A DNA stretch of 64,000 nucleotides from Octopus vulgaris (Eukaryota), in the NCBI GenBank assembly GCA_951406725.2, contig OX597825.1, positions 52,390,001 through 52,454,000 of the forward strand. The letters run 5' to 3'. Within the stretch, counting starts at the first letter, position 1, and every line of letters starts with the position of its first letter. The notes under the pieces were generated by a model, which saw only the letters and a list, made by a program, of their open reading frames with translations, was not told the origin of the DNA and did not search any database. Below, one piece after another: positions 52,877 to 64,000 of the stretch. The translations under genes were made by a program, and so were the position numbers.

Positions 52877-54108
52877 TTTGGTCATCCCATAAATAATGCA
52901 CTTTTTTACTTATTTTATTTTTTAAAATCAAGATAAACAAAGCCCTTTTTTTAATCTAAAATATACTCTCCTTCATTTTCAACAATGCTTTTCCATCTTT
53001 CTGGTAGACTTGCAAGGCCCCTCTTCCAAAATTCACTTGTCCATCATGAAAAATACTCTTCCAGTACTGTTCTGACTTTGTCTGCAAAATTCACATTTTT
53101 CCCATCTAAATGATTTTGAAGACTGCAGAATAAATGATAACCAGATGGGGCAATATCTGGTGAATATGGTGTGTGGAGCATTGTTTCCCATTCAAATTGC
53201 TCCAGCTTTTGGAATGTCGTCTTTGCTGCATGTGGCTGAGCATTATCCGATGGAAGAACACCTTTCGTCTTGAAACCAGAGATGGTCGTTTTTCTTTCAG
53301 CACTGACTTAAGCCACTCAAGCTGCTTGCTGCAGACCTCTTTTTGGTTTGGGCTTAAAAGTTCAAAGGGGACTAAACTTTTCATATCCCACCAAACAGAT
53401 AACAACACTTTATGTGGATGAAGATCTTTAGCCTGGAGTGCCAGTGTGTCTCTTTCCTCTAGCCACTGTCATCATGCTTGATGTTTTTATAGACAACTCA
53501 TTTCTTGTCACCAAAAAGGAGACAAGACAGCAAAGAAGAGTACACATTCACTATCTCTGCACGATTACACTCGGAAAGTTTGTGAGGAACCCATTCAGCC
53601 AATTTTGCTGACCTTTCTAATGGCATGCTGGTATCGATGAATGGTTGGATGACCAAATCCAAGCTTCTCTGTTAGTTTCTCAACAGTTACGATGGGATTT
53701 TGTTCCACCAGGTTTTGCAGGACTTCCTCGTTTAACTCTACAGATCTTCCAGGATGAAGCTTGTATTTGAGGCTGTAGTTTCAGGTTCAGAATTTCTGGA
53801 ACCACTGTTGACACTGGCTTACGCTTGTATACTGTATTAATATTCCTCACACTTTCCATTGTGTTGTTGCCTTTATTGAACTCATAAAGCAAAATATGCC
53901 AAATACACTCTTTTGTCACTTCCATTACAGTTTTGAAAAAATAACTGTTAAAATCAAACTGCACTCTTCACAATTTGCACTAAGAATAAGTACAAAATAA
54001 AATTACTACCTGCTTTTATAGCAAGTTGACACAGGTAGTTTATCCCATCCATGTCCGACTTTTAGTTCATGCGATTGAAAAAAACACATTATCTATGGGA
54101 AGACCCAA
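52877..54108 (-). mobile_element. Mariner (DD34D-type) transposon, full-length outline, decayed transposase
   Basis: TIRs tttggtcatcccataaataatg / cattatctatgggaagacccaa with TA flanks; MEVTKECIWHILLYEFNKG, LLSVWWD, KEKRPSLVSRRKVFFH, PYSPDIAPSGYHLF. Confidence 0.9.
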
Positions 54109-54350
54109 TATATACACATGCAAACACACACTCATGAATTTACCAATGACTATGTATGAATATATAACTTGACATTAACAAGTAAACATAGCATAAATTC
54201 CTATACTTGATTATCAGTGTACATATTCCCTTTTACAATCATTTATATCTATATAGTCATACACACACAATAACACATTTCATTACAAATAACATACTTC
54301 TGTGAGAGATATAATGAAGTATATGTCAAAGAGAGAGATGGAGGGAGAGA

Positions 54351-54396
<46 letters not shown>

Positions 54397-54429
54397 ATAT
54401 GAATGCACACAAACATGTGTATATCTATA

Positions 54430-54700
54430 TCTTCTATCTTTTATCTGTTTCAGTCATTGGACAGTAACCATACTGGGACACCACCTTCTAGAACTTGTAG
54501 TCAAGTGAATCAACCACAATGCTTATTTTTGTTTTAAGCCTGGTGCTTGTTCTGTAAGTTTCTTTTTGCCACACTGGTAAGTTATGGAGGCATAAACAAA
54601 CCAACACCAGTTGTCAGGTGGTGGTGGTGGTGGTGGGGTGCATGTAGAGGGGGGGACAAACACAAACACAAAGGTGCAAACACATACATACATATATGTA

Positions 54701-54735
<35 letters not shown>

Positions 54736-54900
54736 GATAGGCTTCTTTCAGTTTCCATCTATCAAATTCAAGGCTCACAAGGCTGTGGTTGGCTCAAGAT
54801 TATAGTAGAAGATACTTGCCTAAGGTGCCATGCTGTGGAACTGAACCAAAGACCATGTATTTGGGGAGCAAGATTCTTACACACAGCCATGCCTGCACCT
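54430..54900 (-). mobile_element. Family A SINE (diverged); further copies at ~26750-26900, 28000-29585 and 40430-40870
   Basis: Shares motifs with the 60061-60463 copy. Confidence 0.75.
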
Positions 54901-54929
54901 TCCAAATTTCTGGCAGAGTGAATTGCATC

Positions 54930-55062
54930 ATGGTGCTGTTTTTCTCAAAGATATTACCCAACTGACCCTACTATTCTTTGTAGTCGACAAAATCAAAAGC
55001 AACCAGTGCTCATGCACAAAATTGAAATTATAAAATGGCGCCAATTTACCTATTGCAGCATG

Positions 55063-55065
<3 letters not shown>
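54930..55065 (-). mobile_element. Terminal fragment of the same DD37D family as 3472-4275
   Basis: Reverse complement ggtaaattggcgccattttataatttcaatt...gattttgtcgactacaaagaatagtagggtcag aligns by eye with 3485-3575. Confidence 0.65.
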
Positions 55066-55100
<35 letters not shown>

Positions 55101-58100
55101 TATATATATTCATACATACATACACACATAAACACTCACATACACACTCACACTTTTAAAATTAGACACTACTGGAAACTGTAGAAGTGATACGTTTTGA
55201 TTTCTTCTCTTTGCTAATAATTTCAGTTCATGTAGTCCTTGCTAACTCTGATGACACACTTATCTCCAGATTAATTTTAGTTCCTGGCAATTTTTTTTTT
55301 TTTTAGTCATTTGGTTGTACAAGAATTTTCAAGTTCTTGAATTCTTTATGATATTTCAAAGATATCTGATTAAGATTAAATGGAACTCTTGTGAGTTGAC
55401 AGTTAAAGGTGAACTAATTAACTGACTAAAATAGTGACCTATATGCTAGACCTTGCCAAAATTTATCTTGCTGTGTCAAAAAATATACATCATATGTTGT
55501 ATGGTCATCAAATGAGAGATTTACTTCTGACCTCTTTCTCAGTCTTCAAACTATTTAAAGACAGTGTCATCATGATTATAATCAATACTAATCTATACAT
55601 CCAACATAGCTTTCATATCTTATTTTGAGCACCATAGGCTGCTATAATTGTCCTAAGAAATCATTTTGTGTAGGCATTGGGCACTAAAAGAGCACATATT
55701 CTTTTGGCAGATAAAAATTTCATCAGCACGAGATGATGGGAAATATTACATCACATGATTTCAGCATAAATTCCACATCATCAACAACAGGTACCCTACC
55801 ACCAAATGCTAGATAAAAATCAGTGGTATCACAAAAACTTTTGGGCTTTGTATAAATTAGCTATTAGCAATGGACACAAACATTGTAACGAATATTAATT
55901 TGCAGATTCAACTTAACCTAGATGTGTTGTTTTGAATACTTTAAGCTGTGGTAATCGTTCTGAGAAGTCATCTCATATAGACATTAGGTACTATAATCTA
56001 AGCCTTTTTCCAACACCAAACATCTGTAGGTGATTTCGCAGGATGATTACTGCAGCACAAGGCATTCAAATCAACATACCCAAGTTAAATTTGATGTACA
56101 AATTAATATTCACACAAAGGCTGCTTCTATTACTAACAGCTAGTAATTATAATCATTGTTTAAATGCCCATTTTTTGAAGTTTGCATAGGTGGGGTGAAA
56201 TTTGTTGAGTCAGATTTTCATTTGCCTAACACCTTACTTCTCACCAACCCTTGCCTGTCTCAAGCTTTCCAGGAGATATTTTGGAGGAAAGGAAAATTGA
56301 TGTGAGAGGATCACTTTGAGATATTAAATGGGCATGGATTTTTGTCCCTGCAGTATTGATAGAATAAATTATCAGTTAAGTACTGGGGTCAATAACTACA
56401 GCTAAACCCCATCACCTCAAAATTTCAGGCCATGCACTTATGGTTGAAAGAGTTATTATTGTTATTAAAGTACCTTGAAGTATTTCTTCTGATTCTGAGT
56501 TCAAGTCCTGCCAAAATTAACTTTCACTTTCATTCTTCCTCAGTTACATACTAGAGACATGAATTCGACTAACTTTCATCTTTCCACAAAATAATCTATT
56601 GGCCTTGTGCCTGAATTAGAAACAGTTATTACTATAATCACCAATGCATCCTCATAGGCAGTGTCTGAAGACTCACTTTTGTCCCATTCCAGGCAATAAT
56701 ATCACCATTTAATGATGAATTATGGATTCAAAGAATAAAAATGGAATTTTCTTTTCTCAACACTATTTGTATATTTCTTGTGTTAATACCATGTATTTTC
56801 CATTGTTCTTCATTTCATTCAAGTGTTGCTATGGTTTCAGTAATCTTTGATGAGTGATTAATAATGCCTTGCTAACATCTAATCTTTGACCTGTTGTAAT
56901 TAATGAAGCTGAAAATTAGAGATGGTGGTGGTGGTGATGATGGTGGATAAAGAGCTGACATTTGATAGTGTCTTTGTTAACATGTGACAAACTGCTGCTG
57001 GTTGTCACCTCTAACTTATCTTCCTTCTTTCTCTTGCATTTAAACCTCATCTCAGCATTAGAATAATCTTATAACATGCACACATTGTCAAGAGAGACCT
57101 TGAAAAGAGAGTCAGCAATTAGGATGTGGCAATGTAATCTGTATCAACAACATTTAATCACAGACACTGTCAAGAAAATATACCAATGATTCTTATACTT
57201 ATTAATCACAGATGAATCAACATGCGACCTATAAGCATCATGAATTTCAATGAACCAATGAAAAGACATCTCCATGGTTGCTCAACTTGAGAAAACATAC
57301 TGCCAAACAACTTTCAATTACCTTGCTGCTGTGTTTAAAGAAAAACAGGACACTTACAGTAGGAACAACTTCTATTATAGATCTGCAAGCTCAAGTCTGC
57401 GTTGGAGCTTAGGTTAACTATTTCAACACAAATGTAGCCAGTATTGCATACATAAACTAGATTTCTTCTTGAGAACCAGGAAATGTTTCATCTCTGAACT
57501 GTTGTTGATTGTATATATCACATTAGAGCACCATTCATGCACATTGTCGACAGTACTCAAAGAAAAACTAGTTACCTAATATATCAAAACATTACTTCAC
57601 CAAAGCTGGGCTCTCTTTCTTTGGTTTCAGCAATTGTCTCTCTTTACCACTTTTATTTATACCCAATTAATATGTAAATACATCTCTTACACCACTCCTG
57701 GCTCTCTATTTCATCCATTACTGTCTTCCTACTATTAAATCCTCTCTAGAACTCAGAAGTATATACCCCACTCTAACTCAGTCCCTCACTCTGTGGTGGG
57801 AAGGAAGAGAAAAAGTGGGATAGAACTTATTGGCAGTATTCCTCTTTGGACTGGCTAGAAAAGCGAAAGGTACTAAGATCTAACAGAAAGTTTGACAGGT
57901 TTCAAGAGAGAGGCACTGAGAAAACACAAAATTTGTTGCTGTAAGGTCAATCACACGACTTGTGGAGAATAACTTTTGTAAAACATATAACCCCATTATT
58001 CTACAGTATGACAAAATATAGTTTATCTAATGAAATGCTTTGTTATCATGCTGTTCCCAAAAGTACCATTTTGATCTTCACACATTCTAGTCAAACATTA

Positions 58101-59701
58101 AGTGTCTGTATATGCCATCATTGCAGGGCCTGGCATTTGTGCTACTACAGCTTTTCTTCTTCACACCATAACAAATTTAAAACATGAGAAACTACAATAT
58201 ATCCACAAAATATTAACTCAAAATATATTTGACATCTCATGTGAGTAAACTCAACTTTGTTTCATTTATCATTATCAGATTAGCTATAAATCTGTGAAAT
58301 GTCAACAGGACACAATATTTTTCCCTTGTTATCAGGAAAGGGGAAACGGTCATATGTGAATGTCAGAACTTTCCCAAGGCTATTAAGCGACACTTGTTAT
58401 GTAAAATGGTATGGAACTACTCCATAGACTTCTATTGGAAATTTTTGCAACTCTATATTCTGTAGTCTAACTATCTATCTATAAACACTCAAGCAAGCAC
58501 ATGCAAAGACAGAGAAGATGGAGAGGGAGAGAGGGAGGAGGATATTGGATGATATCTCCTCTGATCAAGTTCTCAACATAACAATTATCATTATTTCACT
58601 AAAAACCAGCAACAAGAATATAAAAGTTACAATATAAAAAAATGACAAAATTACAGCATTTTCTTAAGATTGAAATTAACGGAATATTTAGATTAATCAA
58701 ATTATATATTTTATATTAATAATGAGGAACACTTGCAGACAACTTATATTTTCGATGTTTAGCATAAATATTAATGAGATGAATTCAATGAAAATTGCAA
58801 AATTTTAAGAGTTTTCTCTGATTTATTAATTTCTTTAAATAACATGTTAATAGCTATTTTATTATGTTGTTTGGAAAATGATAGCAAATGTGGTAGATTA
58901 ACTAAACTGTATCTGTTAACTTTTATAGATGCATTTCAGTTTTTAGGTTTCAAGATAGGTAGATATCTATACAAGAAATATGCTCTACATTTTCTTGTAA
59001 CATATGTATGGGAGTCTAGGTGCAAAAGCACCCAAAACAGAATTTTGTAGGATTAAAAGCAAAGAAATTATTTGCCTTTGCACAGTTTAAACCTCACTAA
59101 TCTTTCCATTGAAAGAGAGAACTGAGACCAAATTAACATTTAAATCAAATACAAATTAGAACACAAATGTAATGACAAGGCTAATTTGCATATTGAACAT
59201 TCAGCAGAGGTATGATTAAATAATATAACAAACCAAGAAGCAGCCCAAATAAGCTATTTATAAAAGCACTTAGAATAACAAGAACTAATCTAAAGCAAAA
59301 TAAAAAGGATATCAAAAACACTATAGCCAAACAAGAAAACTTTAGGATACATTTAATTGTCCATCAATAAGTAAACATAAAACAGGACAAGAATATAAGC
59401 TAAGGTCTGGAAAATAGGTAGCCGACATACATTTTACTGTGATATAAACCTAAAAATCCGAAAATAGTTAAAACAACAAAAATCGGAGATAAAAAATGCC
59501 AAACAATAACAGAAAATAAATTACAAAATTGCACAAAAATGATAACCAAAAACTACAGTCCCACAAACACGTGCAAAATAATTATAAAGTATTAGACAAT
59601 ATCCACTGAAACATGCTAATGCTTGTAAAATGAGCTCAAATAGAAAGTAAAACAGTTTTTGTTGAAAGCGGCATAAAATACAATGAAAAAATTTAGTTTA
59701 A

Positions 59702-59926
59702 CCCTTTAGCATTTAATCCAGCCATGTCCAGTCCAAATATTCTATCTGTTTTATGTTCAAACTGACCACATCCAACATCTCAGAGTTACCCTATAATGTC
59801 ATACTAAAAGTATACAAACACATCATTGAAATCTTGAAGCTACAAGATAATGCATGATTAACTCAAAACACTTTGAATAAATAAGCATTATATTTGGCCA
59901 AAAAAAAAAATCTGAACATGAAAGGG
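59702..59926. mobile_element. piggyBac-type MITE
   Basis: TTAA|CCCTTT ... AAAGGG|TTAA, 225 bp, non-coding. Confidence 0.8.
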
Positions 59927-60060
59927 TTAAATATACAATACACTCGGTAGCATAATAAGTACTATCTTCCTCTTTTGTTAACTAACTGGAACATTTGAAT
60001 GTATAGGTTGAGTACTATCATGAAAACTACTGTAGAATGACAGTCTCTTAGTGATTTAAC

Positions 60061-60220
60061 AGGAGTGGCTGTGTGGTAAGTAGCTTGTCTACCAGCCACA
60101 TGGCTCCGGGTTCAGTCCCACTGCGTAGCACCTTGGGCAAGTGTCTTCTACTATAGCCTCGGGCCGACCAAAGCCTTGTGAGTGGATTTGGTAGACGGAA
60201 ACTGAAAGAAGCCCGTCGTA

Positions 60221-60258
<38 letters not shown>

Positions 60259-60463
60259 TGTGTGTGTCTGTGTGTCTGTATTTGTCCCCTAGCATTGCTT
60301 GACAACCGATGCTGGTGTGTTTATGTCCCCGTTACTCAGCGGTTCGGTAAAAGATACCGATAGAATAAGTACTGGGCTTACAAAAGAATAAGTCCTGATT
60401 AAAGGCAGTGCTCCAGCATGGCCGCAGTCAAATGACTGAAACAAGTAAAAGAGTAAAAGAGTA
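60061..60463 (+). mobile_element. tRNA-derived SINE family A, near full length
   Basis: gtggctgtgtggtaag (A box), gggttcagtccc (B box), caccttgggcaagtg core, internal (TA)n/(TG)n, 3' gtgctccagcatggccgcagtc and (gtaaaaga)n tail. Confidence 0.9.
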
Positions 60464-62735
60464 TGTTAATATGAAAGCAATACTTGAAGTACCTAGGTCA
60501 AAGATATTAAAGGTGCAGGCAATTGCATGTGATAGAAAGGGTGACACTATGAAATATGCAAATCAGACACATTCATCCAAGAAAGATTTGGATCTAACAC
60601 CAGCAATTGCCCACTATAACTTGAAGGCTTTCAATAATTTAAAGTAGATATTATAGATTAAAATATATGATTTAAAACTTCTAGGAAGAGATTAGAAAAC
60701 AAACGTTCACTTTACATATCATTTCATGTCTTGAAAAATTTCCATATTCACAGAAAAAGCAAATAAAAAAAATTGTGTGCTAAAAACAAAAGACATTCAT
60801 GAAACAATTTTCCATTTATCATAGCCAAGACATCTAAACAAAACCTAAGCCCCATCAGATACAATATAATTAACTTAAACACAAAAACTAGCTAAAAGTT
60901 TACAAAAGCTGACATTACAGAAATACAGCAACATGGCAACCATACATCACACTGAGTGACCACAAGTCCAACTTGTTAGCAAATCCCCAAAATGCAAAGT
61001 AATTAATTCAGTGACAAGCAAATTAGATATATTGGGCAAGAAAATTTTAGCAGATATCAGCTCTAAATTCATATAAATGACCAATTTAAAACAATGAACC
61101 AGGAACATATCTGTCATTTGACTGATACAAAAATTTACAGACTAAAAAGTCATATAAATTTACACAGTTTTCCATTGCAAGCTTCTATTCATCAACCAAA
61201 AGCTCACTTCTAGTAAAAGTATTGGTCTTCACAATGAGATGGCAGACAGTCAGCAACCATAAGAATGTCCCTCTGTTTCACAACAACTCATCATCAGAAC
61301 AGAAGTAAAACAATAAGGTTGGGATATCATAACAGAGCAGAAATATGCTTGCATGGAACATTTGGCTTGGTTACTACCACTGGATACCCTTCTTGATACC
61401 ACTGGCTATATGCTGAACACTTTTCAGGGTGCATCAGATGCAATTTCTCATGTACCACAACATGAAAGATGTTGATCAGCTTTTGGTGAGACACAAATAA
61501 CAAGGCCTCATATCCCTACACCATCTCTCCTTACTAAGCTAACATTTTGTAGTGTGTACGATAGTTGGAGAAATACCTTGTACAGGGTAAATGTAAATCT
61601 AAAAAGAGAACTATGTGCATAGTGAGGCCAAAAATGGTTATAAGAACTGTAGTTATAGGAGAATAAATGTAGGTACAAAATGTATTCAATAAAGTAGAGC
61701 ATGTACATTTGCCCAGGTGACTAAGGAGAAGAGATGAAAAGAACAATGACATCAGAAGGACCAGAATAGGTGGTATTGTAGAAGGAACAGGAATATGATG
61801 GAAGGAAAACAGGGCTGTGTTGAGGTGAGGTAAATAACATCTTAACATTAAACTTCAAACATTTCTCAACTAATCATGCATATCACAATTTTAGAACAGA
61901 AATTAGTTACATTTTCTTAGAAAATGAAATACATAATCTAAATTATAAGCCATATATCTAGAAATAAAAAGTCAAAGACTAAACTCAGGAACAACTGTAG
62001 CAGATTAATGCCTTACTCAGAGTATGAAAACTGAAAGAAGTCATCTAACAGGCAATGGTATTGCAAGAAAAGTCCAACAAATACCACACTTGAAAATGAT
62101 ATCAGAAAACCCTAGAGAAAATAAATATCAATTGAAGTGGAGTGCAACAATTAGTTACCCAGAAATACCTTCACTAGCAACTGATGGACTGCAGTTAAAA
62201 ATAAGTAAAAGCTTCATAAAAATAAATATATAATTTTAACGGATATAATTATATAATTTATGAAGAAGTGAAACTTGAGCAACAGAAAATCAGAAATAAA
62301 CCCCACACTCAACTGAGTCAGGATTTATCAAAATGAGAAAGAGAAAAGCATGAAGAACATCAACAATATGAAAGGTGACTAATGAAAATACAGCACAAGG
62401 AATTAGGAAATGACATATGGGAAACTACAACTGATGCTCTTCAAACAAGTAAAATAACAATACACCATGAATAAGCCAACAATCTCAATAACATGAGACG
62501 ATACCTATTCCACACTAAAGGAGCAACAACAAACGATAGTATTTATAAAAAAAAAACAATGGAAATAACCAATCAGCCCAATGTTTACTTGAATGAAATC
62601 GAGTTGGAGGTAAAGCTGTTCATACCTGAAATCTGAGGTAGAATAAAAAAAGTACTTCATTTTATGAACAGAATGTATTTAAATTTATATATCAATGTGT
62701 ACATACAAGTTAAAGAAACTTAGTTTATATATATA

Positions 62736-62790
62736 CTAGCAAACACACCTGTCCTTTGAACTGTTTAAGTGGTATTTTTTTCACCAAATA
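62736..62790 (-). mobile_element. Helitron 3' terminus related to 36175-36202 (full extent not determined)
   Basis: Minus caaaggacaggtgtgtttgCTAG|T versus caaaggacaggtgcatttaCTAG|T. Confidence 0.6.
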
Positions 62791-63380
62791 ACTTTACTAC
62801 TGAGAAGGTTTATGAGTAACACAGCAATCTATGTTTCTGATTAAACTAGGAACGGAAGATGAAATTGAAAGCTGGTTATTGTGGAGGTCATTGCACTTCA
62901 ATGATCATAGAGCATATAAGTTTGCAAGTGATGCAAAGTAGAGCTACTAAAGTGCTTTGGGAGTAGATTATGGATAATGGCTACAAAATATAGTTGTTTT
63001 ACATGAAAGCGAAATTTCTTGTCAGAAACAGCCACATAAATGATGTAAGGAAATTGAAGAAAGATGTTGAAACTTCTCCTCTGCAAGTTTATTTTATACA
63101 ACAGCAAAGGGAGCTATTTTTTACGAACAAATAAGCTAACCAAAGCCCCTTTATTCTGCCTTCCCACATAGCCTGTGCATAAACTAACAGTAAATGCCAC
63201 ATAAAGTTAAATTGGTATGGAACTTTTTGAAAGATATGCATAGCTTTCACTATTGGAAACAAAACTCTTATTTAAAGTTTGATTCTTTGGAATGAATCGT
63301 ATGTGAGTGTTTAAAAAGGGCTAGAATGATAATGCTAAAGCATGTTGGAAACAATGGACAACAGTCAAAATAACATAATG

Positions 63381-63671
63381 CAGTGTTACTCAGAGTGGTG
63401 GTTCACGGACCGGTGCCAGTCCGCGAGCCATTAGCTGATGGTACGAGATGAGTTTCCAGAAAAGAAAGAAACACTATAAAATGCTTATAAAATATTGTAT
63501 TATTTGTTTACAAAATAAATATAAGCTAAAAGAAATTGTTACCTTTTACTATATTCATTATATATATTGTTTCTGGTAGAAATTAATATTACTAAGAAAT
63601 ATTACTGGTACCTGTCATATTGGAAAGAAAAAACTGCCAGTATACCACATCAGATAGTTTGAAAAGCACTG
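63381..63671. mobile_element. hAT (Charlie-like) MITE
   Basis: TIRs CAGTGTTACTCA...TGAAAAGCACTG; imperfect 8-bp TSD acataatg / ttataatg; subterminal ggaccggtgccagtccgcg. Confidence 0.72.
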
Positions 63672-64000
63672 TTATAATGGACGGGTAAATAAGCATTCTT
63701 AAAGTGAAAGTACAGTATCAACAAATGGAAGAGAGGGAAGGGATCATCACCTTTGAAGTAACTCAGAATAGATAAAGGTAAGCTTGTCAAAGTTTACTAC
63801 AGTTTAAATATGTAGATTAAGATAATTTGGCATTGGATGTTCATTGCATACAGTGTTCCTAGTCAACTGAATCACTGTTGTAGGTGGACAACGGAAATAC
63901 ATAGACAAAATCCTTTCACTTTTATAAAGAGATTTAAAAAGTATGGAAGACCCTTCATAAAAAATCTGTCTATTTACGTCCAATTACGCAGGAGCTCTGG

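Noticed and set aside
34803-55260. Other CTGATGA matches (~34803, 35010, 42038, 48930, 55248)
   Set aside because: No stem II plus GAAA plus stem I/III architecture follows
62575-62660. Possible small minus-strand exon (polypyrimidine tract, cag, gt)
   Set aside because: Splice-like signals only; no recognisable coding content or partner exons

Overview
AT-rich, microsatellite-dense animal genomic DNA. The repeat repertoire resembles a mollusc, probably an octopus-type cephalopod; this is inference only. No host protein-coding gene can be supported, and most ORFs in the track are microsatellite artefacts. The window is a mosaic of mobile DNA: a near-intact GIY-YIG Penelope-like element (PLE, ~14381-17630), two other PLE remnants, R4/Dong- and RTE-type LINE fragments, a Ty3/Gypsy 5' LTR plus gag, DD37D, Tc1 and mariner transposase pseudogenes, Helitrons, piggyBac- and hAT-type MITEs, and several tRNA-derived SINE families. 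The most notable signal is a set of seven hammerhead-ribozyme (HHR)-like motifs read directly from the sequence. Most have non-canonical cores, and all lie in (TA)n-flanked inserts. They include a 363-bp tandem, self-complementary, retrozyme-like array (17651-18722) directly behind the PLE. The array and the PLE 3' UTR share the same variant core TTGAAAA (U3-A8), which suggests an autonomous PLE and a partner circular-RNA parasite.
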